Translations under genes and position numbers: made by a program | Source of the DNA: Candidatus Moanibacter sp. | GTDB taxonomy: Bacteria > Verrucomicrobiota > Verrucomicrobiia > Opitutales > UBA2987 | Length of the DNA: 64,000 bases | Direction of reading: 5' to 3' | Assembly (NCBI GenBank): GCA_965215885.1 | Contig: CBDCEW010000038.1 | Coordinates: 1 to 64,000 of the forward strand | Notes under the pieces: model-generated | Database searches by the model: none | What the model was told of the DNA's origin: nothing | What the model saw: only the letters and a program-made list of their open reading frames with translations | Shown here: piece by piece, positions 1-11,031 of the stretch | How the letters are laid out: the number at the start of each line of letters is the position of its first letter | How positions within the stretch are numbered: position 1 is the first letter of the stretch

Positions 1-54
1 AGGCGCAGTGACATCCGTGGTCGCATTAGATGGTTTGTGAAATGTTCGGGCTAG
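1..54. repeat. Right end of a MITE-A copy (CTAG-flanked ~185-bp element), truncated by the window edge
   Basis: Sequence ...tgtgaaatgttcgggctag matches the right ends of 22524-22714 and 53808-53989. Confidence 0.85.
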
Positions 55-222
55 CCTCAATTATGACCGATCACCGTACACAACCTTGTAAGTCCTGACT
101 TTGCCAGGAAAATATCTTTTACCTTCGACATCACGCGCATATACGGAGCGACGACACGGGATCGTTGTTCGGGTTAGGGGTGAGATTCGATTTACCTTCC
201 AAGGGATTCAGCTTAAGATTCC

Positions 223-1449
223 TCATGTGACCTGGGATCTGGACTGTCCGATGCCGCGGAGGAGCGGTTCATGGAGCCACCGGCGAACCGCGTCCAACTC
301 GAACCCCAATTCCAACTTCCCGTTTCGAGCTTCCGACGAGATTTCCGCTTCACCCAGCCATGCCACATCTTTTCCGTTGAGATTCTCAATCTGAGACTCT
401 GCAAGCTCGGGGTAGGCATAGACTCTGCAGAGATCACCATTTCCGTTGTCCGCGAAATCGCCCACGTAACTGACCCATGGAAATTCGATACCCAATTGCT
501 CTTTGAGGGAGGCATAGAGGTGTTCGATGACGTTGTCATCATTCGAGCCGGAGATCTTTTTCTTTGTTTGGGCAGACCCGCCCGGAAGTGACATCAAACC
601 ATTCTTCGATTTCAGGAACAGTACCCTGTCCCTGCACTCCAGAATCAATCGGGTCGAAGCGATCAATCGATTACTGTGATTATTCAAAAGATCACTGCCT
701 CTGCTTTTGATTACATTGTAGTTCCGATCACTGAAGAGATAGGGACCGCAACCCGGCGGCGCGTTCGCTGCCATGTACTTATTGTAAATCCCAATTCGGT
801 TCCGATCGGAGCGATTCGGATATGCCTCATGCCAGGTGAAACCATCCATGAAAAGCACTTCTCCCCGTTTCAACTCTGTGTCCACAAACTCAGGGATCTC
901 TGTACCCTTGGCGCGCTGCCCTTTTGTTACACGGCCATAGCGTACGGTCCGGAAACACCGATGGGAACCGGGCGACACCAGCAAAGGCCCAATTTCTCCA
1001 ATGCAGTCGACAAGCGGTATTATAGTGAAAAGCCAGTTCATGGAGGAACCAACCGGGCGGAAAGGTTTGTAATCACAATGGCGGCGCCCGTGTGTGCCCT
1101 CATAGTCTCCATCCGTGCCGAGCCATCCTGGTCTCTTAATATGAATGGAAAACGAAGAGAGACGGGCCGGCCCACCGAGCAGGCACTCAACAGCACCCAC
1201 GATGCCTGGATGATCGACCATGAAGTTTATCCCCGGCTCCTGGATGCAACCTTCCACGAGCACCGAAAATGTCGCACTTTGTCCCTCTTTCGGGCCAGAG
1301 ACGTCCCTCACCCGCCCTTTCTCAATTTCATTATCGACTGCGCCGGCGAAGCGGTCGAGTTCATCGCTACTGACGATACCGCCTGCCTTGATGAATCCGG
1401 ATTCCCTATAAGTAACAATCTCCTCTTCAGTTAGCGTGCGCGACTGCAT
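223..1449 (-). CDS. Phytanoyl-CoA dioxygenase (PhyH) family Fe/2OG dioxygenase with a C-terminal Nudix-like domain
   Basis: N-terminal LTEEEIVTYRESGF; HxD motif (HCD); LVSPGSH; distal WH..N.S..NR; C-terminal RVLFLK..GLMSLPGG resembles the start of a Nudix fold. Confidence 0.75.
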   Translation of the reverse strand: MQSRTLTEEEIVTYRESGFIKAGGIVSSDELDRFAGAVDNEIEKGRVRDVSGPKEGQSATFSVLVEGCIQEPGINFMVDHPGIVGAVECLLGGPARLSSFSIHIKRPGWLGTDGDYEGTHGRRHCDYKPFRPVGSSMNWLFTIIPLVDCIGEIGPLLVSPGSHRCFRTVRYGRVTKGQRAKGTEIPEFVDTELKRGEVLFMDGFTWHEAYPNRSDRNRIGIYNKYMAANAPPGCGPYLFSDRNYNVIKSRGSDLLNNHSNRLIASTRLILECRDRVLFLKSKNGLMSLPGGSAQTKKKISGSNDDNVIEHLYASLKEQLGIEFPWVSYVGDFADNGNGDLCRVYAYPELAESQIENLNGKDVAWLGEAEISSEARNGKLELGFELDAVRRWLHEPLLRGIGQSRSQVT

Positions 1450-1475
1450 TGATACTCAAATCGTTCCTCTACCGA

Positions 1476-3329
1476 CTAGTCCTCGAACAAGTGTGATTGG
1501 AATATACCTAACGCAATAAAACGCTCGAAACGCGCTTAGATACTGGGAAAACTGTTAATCGACCAAAAAAACCACCCAGAAAAAAAGGACGTTTCGAGTG
1601 AAAAGAAGATACCGCAAGAACCTCCACAATAGCAAGAGAAGAATAAAGCATCGGCTTAGAAATCGGGGCTGGCCTGAACAGGCCAAACCGATGTTCAAAG
1701 CGAGCAACATCCACTACGAGACGGCCGAACGAGGCAAAGGGGTGAGTTGTGGAGGGATAGGAGCGATTCACCTGATGGTGAAGAGACTGGGGTTGGTGGA
1801 AGAGCTCGACCAGAGCGTGCAGTTGCTCAAGCGCCACCTGCCGTATCATGAGAGTGATCATGTGCTCAACATAGCCTACAACGCATTATTGGGAGGGATC
1901 CGGCTCGAAGACATCGAATTGCGCCGCAAGGACGAGGTTTTTCTGAATGCCTTAGGAGCGCAGAGGATACCGGATCCGACGACCAGTGGAGACTTCACCC
2001 GACGCTTTGATGAAGGCGCGATCGAAAAATTGATGGAAGGGATCAACCGGATACGGCAAGGGTGTGGAACAAGCAGGCAAAAGGATTCATGGAGGAGGTG
2101 TTCATCGATGTGGACGGGACGATAGCGCAGACGAGAGGGAAGTGCAAAGGGGGTATGGGAATAAGCTATAAGGGGATCTGGGGCTATGCACCGCTGATCG
2201 TGAGTTTGGCAAATACCAGGGAAGGGCTCTACATGGTGAATCGACCGGGCAATGAGACTAGCCATGAGGGATGCGTAAAGTGGATTGATCGGGCGGTGGA
2301 ACTTGTGCGTGCGCATGCGGGGAAAATCTGCTTGCGAGGGGATACGGACTTTTCGTTGACAGAAAACTTCGATCGGTGGGATGAAGAAGGAACGGGATTT
2401 ATCTTCGGAATGGATGCGCATCCCAAAGTGGTGGGACTGGCCGAGGAGTTCAGAGAGACGGCCTGGAGCGAACTGGAGCGGTTGCCCAAGCATGAAATAG
2501 CGACCGAATCGAGAGCTAAAGCGCCGCGAGTGAAGGAAGGGATCGTGCACCAGAAGGGTTTTGAAAACAAGGTGCTGGAGGCAGAAAGTGTGGCCGAGTT
2601 GGACTATCGGCCCAACAAGTGCAAAAAGACCTATCGGATGGTGGTGGTGCGTAAGAACATCAGTGTGCAAAAGGGCGAAGTAGTGCTCTTTGATGAGATC
2701 CGCTACTTTTTTTATATCACAAATCGTAGGGACCTGACTAAGGAGCAGGTGGTCGCCTTTGCGAATCAACGCTGCGATCAGGAGAACGTTATTGAGCAAC
2801 TCAAAAACGGGGTTAATGCGATGCGTATGCCCGTGGATGATCTTTTGAGCAATTGGGCCTATATGGTAATGACAGCATTGGCCTGGAACCTGAAGGCGTG
2901 GTATGGATTACTCATGCCCAACCGCCAGCGGGGGTTGGAGATCGTGAAGATGGAGTTTCGGCGCTTCCTTCACGCCATCATCTTGCTCCCCGCGCAAATC
3001 ATCCGAAGCGGGCGCCGAATTGTTTATCGGCTTTTAAGCTGGAACGAGTGGATGGGAGATTTTATCAGCACCTGGGAGCGATTCCGATCTATGTCGCCTG
3101 GGTAGCAGATCAAGTAACCGCGAACGCACAGCCACAACGGAAGGACGGTCGGCGTATCCAAAAAAGGGGACAGAACTAACGTTAAAACAGAACGGATATG
3201 ACTCAAAAAAAGCAAAACATGAAACCAGCCCAAGGGTGGCGGCGGCAAAACTACCGCCAGCATGGCAAATAACGTTAGGAATAACGAAGTTTCCTGTTCA
3301 ACCTTTAAACGCGCTTATTTTAGGTCTAG
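1476..3329 (+). mobile_element. IS1380-family insertion sequence
   Basis: CTAG at 1476-1479 and 3326-3329; imperfect inverted ends tcctcgaacaagtg / cgcttattttaggt; encloses an IS1380-type transposase. Confidence 0.85.
1598..3105 (+). pseudogene. IS1380-family transposase, frameshifted near 2060
   Basis: ORFs 1598-2125 (HLPYHESDHVLN, PDPTT) and 2062-3105 (IDVDGT, LRGDTDF, NQRCDQENVIEQLK) are consecutive halves of one DDE protein. Confidence 0.85.
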
Positions 3330-3458
3330 TATTGGCTCCATGCTCTGAATACTGTCAAGGAATCAGCCTGAAAGAGAGGAAGTTGAAGGAATACCATAAC
3401 GCCTCTCACTGGGACCAGAACGCACTGCCGGTTGAATAAATCGAAAAATCGTCTTCGG

Positions 3459-3563
3459 TCAGTGTGGCGCGGATAACCGGCGAATCCCAGCACATTCGTC
3501 GAATCCCCGATCAAAACTGATGATCTCATCGATCTCAAAACGCTCCATGATCGCTATATTCGC
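3459..3563 (-). pseudogene. C-terminal remnant of a PIN-domain (VapC-like) toxin
   Basis: IAIMERFEIDEIISFDRGFDECAGIRRL matches the typical PIN C-terminus (SFD.GFD); no N-terminal part is visible. Confidence 0.6.
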
Positions 3564-3891
3564 GTAATATTCTGTTGTGTAACCATTTAGCCGCCTGTTT
3601 ACCAAACCGCCTGACTCGTTGCTCTCCACATAACGGTGCAAATCTTTATGATCCGATCGGATCGTACGTGTTTAGCGTCATGCCTTCGATTGCTGGCTGC
3701 CCCGGTCTTGTGCCGGGGTGGCGCGCGTTCCTTGCTATCAACCGTGTGCTTCTACCAACCCCTCCACCGCTCCTTTCTCGCCTCAGTCCCGACGCGCCGC
3801 GCCGGGACTGAGGCGAGAAAGGAGCGGTGGAGGGGCGGGCGGTGGCAATCGCGTATTGTAGCTGTATAGCGTGCACCACCCCGGCACAAGA

Positions 3892-5270
3892 CCCATAAGC
3901 GCTAACTTGTTTGCTGACCTGGGAATCTGACCTCTAACTGTGGTCGGCGTTGCCGTGGAGACTCTGCTAAGCCTTGAGCTATATCGTTCCAATTTTCTAT
4001 CACTTGTCGCAAAGGCACAGCGGGATCGACGGCCCGCTGGAGTTGATGGAAGACGAAGGCAAACTCACGCCATCGACTCTGCTGTTTTTTCCGGCTCCAG
4101 GACATATCCCAAGGGGGAAATAGAGATCGCACTTTGAATGATCTTCTCGGTGATCAGGGCCGCGAAGAGCTTGCCATAGAGCCACGCCTTGGCGCTTTCA
4201 TCGTCATACTTAGGCAGATGTCCTAACTGTGCGATCTGTTTGAATCGTTTGAAGACCAGTTCCACCTGCCAGCGGATACGATACCATTCGAGCACCTCCA
4301 GTGCGGAAAAGAGCGATTCAGGAAAAGTCGTCAGCACCATGACGTATTCGGCGTAATAGAGCGTTTCGGGCATCAGCTTCTCGCCCCGCCTGCTGGCGAT
4401 TCGCCGCAATCTCTTGTGGGCCATGGCGATCGCTTGCTCGCTTTTGCGGATGGCACACACCCGCGCTGGCAACGGGGGCTGATCCGATGCGGGCACCATG
4501 ACTGGCCAAGCGCCCACCTTGCCACCGGCCCCGATCTGCTCCAGGCAGGCGGTCAGGTTCAGAACCTCTCCCCGAGGATCGAGCAGCCGTATGTTGTGCG
4601 GTGCCAGCCGTATACTTACAAAAGCCCCTTGGGAGGCTGCATATTGAAGCCCGGAAGCCTGGCAGTATCCCCGAGCGGCGATCACGTAGTCACCTGCTGC
4701 CAGCGGAAACTGTCTAAGCGACTCGCCGGTGCCTTCACCTTGCGCTGGCGTAAGTTTGAAAAAATCGCACGCCATCGAAGGAACTCGCAAGCATATAGTG
4801 CACACGCCACAAGCTGCCCGTCTTCCCGGGTTCCTTCACCATCGTCGCATCGATCAGACGAAACTCCCGTTGCCCCACCGCCCCCAAATCCAGGCCACGC
4901 TCGCGAAACAATGCCACGCACAGCGAATAAAGCCAGTCCTTGCACTTGCGCAGCCGCTTCAGCAACGCTACGTCTGACAGTTCCGCCAACTGCGCCTGGC
5001 GCGCACGCACCACGGTTTCGCGCAGCGAATACCCACATGCCAGGTGCACCATCAGAATCCTCAGCAACTTCCCAGGTGCCTTGTCCCGGCGCAATCCCTT
5101 CAACGCGTTGGTCTTCTTAGCCAATTCTTTCCATTGCGGCGGGAAAAAAGACATCAGCACGCTCCAGTCTTCATCCATCATGGTCGACCTCCCTTCAATT
5201 CTGCTAACCTGTTGCGGAAGTCCACAGCAGGAAATGCACTATGTCAAGCAAACAAGTTAGCGCTTATGGG
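3892..5270 (-). mobile_element. IS4-family insertion sequence
   Basis: Perfect 23-bp TIR cccataagcgctaacttgtttgc; flanks cacaaga / cgcaaga (7-bp TSD, 1 mismatch). Confidence 0.9.
4065..5181 (-). pseudogene. IS4-family transposase, frameshifted near 4790
   Basis: ORF 4735-5181 (LSDVALLKRL, IDAT) plus ORF 4065-4805 (YRIRWQVELVFKRFK, a YREK-type motif). Confidence 0.85.
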
Positions 5271-5476
5271 CGCAAGACCGGGGCAGCCTCAGAAACGCTA
5301 AACAGGTACATCGATTCATAAAGATTTGCACCGTTAGTTTTCGGATGGAAGACAGCATCTCTGAAAGCAACGTGCTGGCATCGCCTGAGACCACCTTTCA
5401 GGCGGGGCCCGATGAAGTTCTCATGGTTGACATTTTATCTTCGCCTTATTCGCAAAGAGCGGTAGAAAATGTGCCT

Positions 5477-6277
5477 ATGCGGTTAGAAAACAAAGTGGCG
5501 ATTGTTACGGGCGGTGGTGGCGGGATGGGGAACGGAATCTGCAGCTGCCTGGCGCGGGAAGGCGCCGACATCGTGGTGTCGGACCTCGAGGTAGAGAGGG
5601 CGGAGAAGCGCATTGAGGAGATCAGCAATTTAGGCCGCCGAGGGCTCGCCGTGAAATCGGACGTCACTCGAGAAGAAGACTGCCGGACCCTCCTGGAGAA
5701 GGCGATACAGACGTTCGGCCAAGTGGACATTCTGGTAAACAACGCGGGGCATTTCGGTAAGGTGGTAGGTGCACCCTTCACCCAGCACACCGAAGCTGAG
5801 TGGGACGATAATTTCGCGGTACACGTCAAAGGCCCATTTTTTCTCAGCAAGGCATTGGCGCCGCACATGATTGAGCGTAAGTCCGGCAAGATCATCAACA
5901 TCTCTTCAATCGCGGCGAAACGTGACCCGCAGTTTGTTCCGGCCTATGCCGCAGCCAAGAACGCCCTCTTAAGTTTGACACGTGTCATGGCCAAGGACCT
6001 CGGTCCCCATAACATCAACGTCAACGCAGTCTGTCCCGGTTTCGTCTGGACGAATTTCTGGCATCGGTTGGCGCCTCTCCTTGCCCGTGATAATCCAGCT
6101 TATGAGGGGATGGAAGCCCGAGCCATGTATGACGACATCGTCACCAAGAACACGCCGATGGGGAGGGATCAATCACCAGAGGATATCGGTAATCTCGTCG
6201 TCTTTCTTGCTTCAGAGGAAGCCCGCAACATCACCGGCCAGGCAATTGCTGTAGACGGCGGTTTGACGATGGGGTAA
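5477..6277 (+). CDS. SDR-family NAD(P)-dependent oxidoreductase
   Basis: TGGGGGMG, NNAG, YAAAK, NAVCPG, ITGQAIAVDGG motifs; start placed at MRLENKVA. Confidence 0.92.
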   Translation: MRLENKVAIVTGGGGGMGNGICSCLAREGADIVVSDLEVERAEKRIEEISNLGRRGLAVKSDVTREEDCRTLLEKAIQTFGQVDILVNNAGHFGKVVGAPFTQHTEAEWDDNFAVHVKGPFFLSKALAPHMIERKSGKIINISSIAAKRDPQFVPAYAAAKNALLSLTRVMAKDLGPHNINVNAVCPGFVWTNFWHRLAPLLARDNPAYEGMEARAMYDDIVTKNTPMGRDQSPEDIGNLVVFLASEEARNITGQAIAVDGGLTMG

Positions 6278-6502
6278 GACGCTACGACTCGGGCAAATTT
6301 TAGGATCTGATCGAAATCCTTCCGGATTCCGCTACGGTAGGTGGCCTTTCTGCATCTTCCTCGCAATGACACCGTGATTCGATACCTGGATCGCCGCGCC
6401 TCCCTTCGACCGGCTCGCGATGACAGAGAATTACTATCCAATTGGGGAGTAATAAGACCTGCTGTATTGTCTTCTGGAATCCGGGTGTCAAAATGCCATC
6501 CC

Positions 6503-7243
6503 ATGAGCTTCGGAATCGAACGTTGGAAAGGAAAGGTTGCACTGGTTACGGGCGCTACCTCGGGAATCGGACGCGCTATTGCGGTTAAGTTTTCGAGACT
6601 TGGCATAAGGGTCGCCATCACGGGGCGCCGGGTTGAACGACTCAATGCCTTGAAAAAGTCGCTCGAGCAGGACGGCGGAGCAGTCCTAGCGTTGGAGGGT
6701 GACCAGCGGAAGGAAGATACGAATCGCGGCTTCTTTCGTAAGATTCGAGATTCCTGGGGCGGGTTAGACATCCTCGTGAATAATGCTGGTGTGAGCGGCG
6801 GCCATGGATTCGCAAAGGTCGATTGGGCGACCATCGAGAGCTGCCTGGACTTAAACGTGCGTGCGGTCGGCCTCTGCATGCAGGAAGCCCTTCAGGACAT
6901 GGAAGGGAAGGAGGATGCGGCTATCATCAACATCTCATCCATGAATGCGCATCGCGTGGTAGCTGGACGCAGCTCCGTAACCTACAGCGCCAGCAAACAC
7001 ACACTACGAGTCCTAACCGACGGTCTTCGCGGGGAATTGGCATCACGGAAGAGCACGATTAAAGTTGCCATGATATCTCCCGGCCTGGTTCGAACGGAAT
7101 GGCACGATCGCGCTCCGCACGAATACGAATACCGCCCCCTTGAACCGGAAGATATCGCTGACGTAGCGGTGAATATACTTTCCTCGCCGAGGCACGTCCA
7201 GGTATGCGATGTGCTCGTTCGCTCGGTCGAGCAAGTGGTTTAA
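6503..7243 (+). CDS. SDR-family oxidoreductase (DHRS11/YdfG-like, probably NADP-dependent)
   Basis: TGATSGIG, GRR, NNAG, YSASK, ISPGLVRTE motifs. Confidence 0.9.
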   Translation: MSFGIERWKGKVALVTGATSGIGRAIAVKFSRLGIRVAITGRRVERLNALKKSLEQDGGAVLALEGDQRKEDTNRGFFRKIRDSWGGLDILVNNAGVSGGHGFAKVDWATIESCLDLNVRAVGLCMQEALQDMEGKEDAAIINISSMNAHRVVAGRSSVTYSASKHTLRVLTDGLRGELASRKSTIKVAMISPGLVRTEWHDRAPHEYEYRPLEPEDIADVAVNILSSPRHVQVCDVLVRSVEQVV

Positions 7244-7701
7244 TTCCGGAAATCTCAGCACCCGAGTATGTTTCGTTGGCGGCACGATCACAGTTTATTG
7301 ACTATCCGGATCGGGCTGAAACCCCCTTAAGCGGAATTGCCCCTGATTAGCTTTTCGAAGACCGTCAGGCGTAGGAAGGCCGCTTGTCGCAGACCCCGAG
7401 CTTCGTCGAGGGGCGGCCGAAGGGAACATCAAGGGATCTGGATCGCTCGCGAGCGAGCTTCCTACCCTCGCGGTAAAACAAGGCGCACGATGATCCTTGA
7501 AAGAGCCAGCGACCCCATTGCAAGCTGTGATGAATTCTCAAGTGAAATATCATCAGGCCCTCATCACAAGGCATCCTCCGGTTTTCTGTATGAGCGTTTC
7601 AGAGCTCGGCGCTGGGCTCCCGTGCGTGACAGAAATGGCGTTGCCGTCACCTGGCTTATGACTCTCGACAATCCTTTAAAGCAGCCTAATCTCTTGCGGT
7701 C

Positions 7702-8274
7702 GTGAAACTCGATGGATCTCTATCACAGTTTGACCTCGTTGGCCGCCCATTCGAACTGGACGCTGGCCTGGAATCGCGGTCGATCTCGTTAGAAAATCCA
7801 ACTACTTTAAAGGAGGATTGCGAAATTTTGCCCCGACGCAGTGGCAGAGGTCGGTATATGGGAACTGTCATCGGTGTCCTCATTCTGGACCTGGAGCACT
7901 GGTGGGGCGAAGGGGAGGCGAAGATCTATCTCGACGGGGACCGCGAGTTCCCGACCATCTGCTTCACGGGTACGGAAGACTATGCTACTCTCGGATTCGC
8001 GGTCCAGGAAACCTGCCACCCCTACGGAGGATGCACTCTGTGCCGCGAAGAGTTTGTCTCTTTTTACCGTTGGCATCTGCCCGATCCTGTTTACTGGAAA
8101 GAAGACATTCGAGTCACCATCCAGCAACTCGGCATAGAGAATGCGATTCTTTTTGAACGGCAGGACGACTGGTGCTGCTCCAGCTTCTGGTATGAACCAA
8201 TACCGAGCTCGCCGCTGCCGGTGCTTCCGGATATCGCGGATCGGCTGGCGGATTTATGGCAGACGAATGTCTAA
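7702..8274 (+). pseudogene. DUF2961 (GH172-like) glycoside hydrolase with an apparent large in-frame internal deletion
   Basis: WWGEGEAKIYLDGD..PTIC.TGTEDY, YRWHLPDP, VTIQQ, RQDDW motifs; only 190 aa, with N-terminal SRSISLENPT joined directly to TLKED. Confidence 0.75.
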
Positions 8275-8306
8275 CGTTTATTTGATGATAATTTCACTTG
8301 GGAAGA

Positions 8307-8396
8307 ACCCACCCCTAACCCCTCCGCAGGAGGGGAACTTGATCGATAAACCCCCAAAGTGAACAGATCCCCTCCTGGGAGGGGATAGGGGTGGGT
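8307..8396. repeat. REP-like inverted repeat pair
   Basis: acccacccctaacccctcc.caggagggga ... tcccctcctgggaggggataggggtgggt. Confidence 0.75.
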
Positions 8397-8456
8397 CGCA
8401 CTTCACGTTTGTGTCGGAGGTCGTGCAATTAGGCTAGACACAGCGCTACCGTCTCA

Positions 8457-9428
8457 TTGCTCTTAGTGAGGATGAGATTCGGCTCCGAACCGGGACTGAG
8501 AGACAGACGGCAAATATTGGAACCTGGCCGATCTTTGCGGCAAGGCGGCAAGTCGAGCCGCTACCGCCTAACTCTCCTGATGTTGATTCTCGCGGCAAAC
8601 ACTTTAGCCTACCCCTCCTCGCAAACCTTAGACGAGGCCTGGGCGTTGAATCGAACGCTGCAATTCAAGGAAGCGGAGAAGCGTCTGCGGGACTACAAAC
8701 CTAAATCGGGCGAGGAAACGTGGCGAAGTGCATTCGCCCGGGCAGTGACACTCCTGAGCGTGCAGCCCCGCACATCGGGCAATATTGAAAAGGCTTACTC
8801 ATTGCTTGAACCGATCGTCACCTCGGCGGCGGGGGATGACCTGAAAGCGTGGACGCTTTACTACCGCGGCCGGATTGATCAGCTCCATCGCACGGAACCA
8901 AATATGGCCCAGGCGCTCCGTTTCTACCGCGACCTCATCGAACTCTATCCGGAACATTTAGCATCCCAGTTGGCATTCACAAAAATGACCATCATTCGGC
9001 TTTACGCCGATCCCAAGAATCGGCCGTCGACGGAGACCTTACTGTCGCTGGAGAAAGAAGCGGGCTTTCTACAATCAGCATTTGCAAGGAATCAGTTCCA
9101 CACTGTAATGGCCGCCGGCTACCTCTTTTTCGAGCTGGGCAGGGAGCAGGCGCTCGAGCACCTCCTCGCAGCAAGGGCCTTGGGAAGCTTTGAAATCATC
9201 GATCTCGGCAACGATTTCCTTCAAATCGCCAACATCGCCTATGAGCTTGGAAAACGAGACTTGGCGCTGAGCAGCTACCGGCGCTTTCTTCAGATGCGTC
9301 CGGAAAGCTCCTTCTCGTTCATGATTAGGGAACGGATTGAAGAGCTGAAGGATTGGAGTGATGGAGCAGTGGAAGATTGGAATGGTGGGGTGACGGAGTC
9401 GAACCGGAATGGTGGAAAAATGGAATGA
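8457..9428 (+). CDS. Tetratricopeptide-repeat protein, probably exported (true start may be downstream)
   Basis: Helical repeats (YYRGRIDQ, ALRFYRDLIELYP, QIANIAYELGKRDLALSSYRRFL); hydrophobic LTLLMLILAANTLA segment. Confidence 0.65.
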   Translation: MLLVRMRFGSEPGLRDRRQILEPGRSLRQGGKSSRYRLTLLMLILAANTLAYPSSQTLDEAWALNRTLQFKEAEKRLRDYKPKSGEETWRSAFARAVTLLSVQPRTSGNIEKAYSLLEPIVTSAAGDDLKAWTLYYRGRIDQLHRTEPNMAQALRFYRDLIELYPEHLASQLAFTKMTIIRLYADPKNRPSTETLLSLEKEAGFLQSAFARNQFHTVMAAGYLFFELGREQALEHLLAARALGSFEIIDLGNDFLQIANIAYELGKRDLALSSYRRFLQMRPESSFSFMIRERIEELKDWSDGAVEDWNGGVTESNRNGGKME

Positions 9429-9432
9429 TGGA

Positions 9433-11031
9433 ATGTTCCGCGGTAAGATAATCAACACGATCGGGTTCGCGCTGCTGGCGACGGCTTTCGCCTTTTCACT
9501 TTGGAATGTGTTTGGCCGCACCGCGCGCCGGTTCTCCGGTGACCGAAAGGTCATTCGCATGGCTCATTGGCGATTGGAGGGGCCGACCATTGCGGGTTAC
9601 CAGGCGGTGGCGGACGCCTACATGAAGATGCACCCGGATGTAATCGTCCAGCAGAACCCGGTACCATTGCGTATTTGGCCGATGTGGGTGCTCAGCCGGA
9701 TGATCGGCGAGAATCCGCCCGACGTCGTCAATTACCTGTCACAATTTATCGACGACCTCAACCTCGTCCGGCATTTCGCACCCATGAGCGAGTACATCGA
9801 TAAGCCCAATCCCTACAACGAGGGGACATCTCTCGAAGGCGTACCGTGGCGCGAGACTTTCGGCGGCGACCTCGCGACGTCGTTCAACGAGAGCCTGGTA
9901 GAGTTTTATGCGCTCCCGACCGGGTCGAACTCGATGCGGATATTCATCAACCTGGACCTTTTGGCCCGCGTCGACGGACCGGAGGCGCGTCTGCCGACAG
10001 ATTTTCGCGAGTTTCTCGCCCTCGCCGAGAAGACAAGGGAGTATGGAGAACGCAAACAGGTCGATATCGTGCCCCTTGCCGGGTCGAAGGATCGTAGCTC
10101 GCCCGCGCTGGATCGCCTCCTCCAGGGACTGACGCAGAAAGTAGCGAGTAAGTGCGATTGGAATTATGACAACGCCGCCGCTCTCATAAACGACGTCTAT
10201 TTTGGATATGTCGACGGGCGGTGGTCGCTCCGCGATCCGGAAATTAAGAGTACCTTTGCCGCCATTCGCGCTTTCAACCTTACGCAGGATCGCGGATTTC
10301 TGCAACGCATGCAGGACGAGGCCACATTTAAATTTCTACAGGGCCGCGCCCTCATGGCGCCAGTATTCAGTATCGATGCGCATAACCTGATTGAACTGAC
10401 GAATTTCGAGGTTGGAATTCTCGGGAGGCTCCCGTTTCCCAAGGCAGACGATCCGGACTACGGACTCGGCACCTTTGGAGCGATGGCGGAGAGCGCGGAG
10501 GGAGTGGGCATTCCGTTTGTCTTGAGCCGGAATTCACCAAACTTCGAGACGGCCCTGGATTTTCTTCATTTTCTCACCAGCTATAAGGGTAACCAGATCT
10601 TTACCTCTATCAGCCAGTATCTATCACCTGTCGACGGGGTCCCGACGCCGCCAGGTAAGGAGGCCTTTGTGCCGATTCGCGACGGGTATCCCCCGGGAAT
10701 AGGCTTTTTTGATAGCGGTAATATCCCGGATGTTTACACCCTGTTTCTCGCGAATTTTTATCTGCTGACAGACCGCAACGGCGGAGTGGATGTATTTATC
10801 GAAACCATCGAGAAGGACTTTGCACGCCTTCTGGACGAGAATCTCGCGCGTCTCTCGAAGCGCCACACGACCGGCATCCGGCGAAACGACAGTTTGATCG
10901 CGGCTTACAGTCGGGTTGCGAACAGTGAAGATGCATTGCGATTTCAAACCCTCATCGGCAAGCAAAACAGCCAGGAAGCCAATAATTACCGGCTCATGTA
11001 TTATTTGGAACGCGAGGGAAAGAGGCACTGA
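9433..11031 (+). CDS. Carbohydrate ABC transporter extracellular solute-binding protein with N-terminal membrane anchor
   Basis: N-terminal TM segment; IRMAHW, YMKMHPDV, YALP, FLQGRALM, ALDFLHFLTS motifs of SBP_bac_1 type. Confidence 0.8.
   Translation: MFRGKIINTIGFALLATAFAFSLWNVFGRTARRFSGDRKVIRMAHWRLEGPTIAGYQAVADAYMKMHPDVIVQQNPVPLRIWPMWVLSRMIGENPPDVVNYLSQFIDDLNLVRHFAPMSEYIDKPNPYNEGTSLEGVPWRETFGGDLATSFNESLVEFYALPTGSNSMRIFINLDLLARVDGPEARLPTDFREFLALAEKTREYGERKQVDIVPLAGSKDRSSPALDRLLQGLTQKVASKCDWNYDNAAALINDVYFGYVDGRWSLRDPEIKSTFAAIRAFNLTQDRGFLQRMQDEATFKFLQGRALMAPVFSIDAHNLIELTNFEVGILGRLPFPKADDPDYGLGTFGAMAESAEGVGIPFVLSRNSPNFETALDFLHFLTSYKGNQIFTSISQYLSPVDGVPTPPGKEAFVPIRDGYPPGIGFFDSGNIPDVYTLFLANFYLLTDRNGGVDVFIETIEKDFARLLDENLARLSKRHTTGIRRNDSLIAAYSRVANSEDALRFQTLIGKQNSQEANNYRLMYYLEREGKRH

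Larger units (their letters stand above)
3664..5309. repeat. MITE-B nested-palindrome element (copy 1), interrupted by an IS4 element
   Basis: Ends gtacgtgtttagcgt / acgctaaacaggtac; inner arms ggctgccccggtcttgtgccggggtgg / ccaccccggcacaaga[IS]ccggggcagcc; homologous to 20137-20384. Confidence 0.8.
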
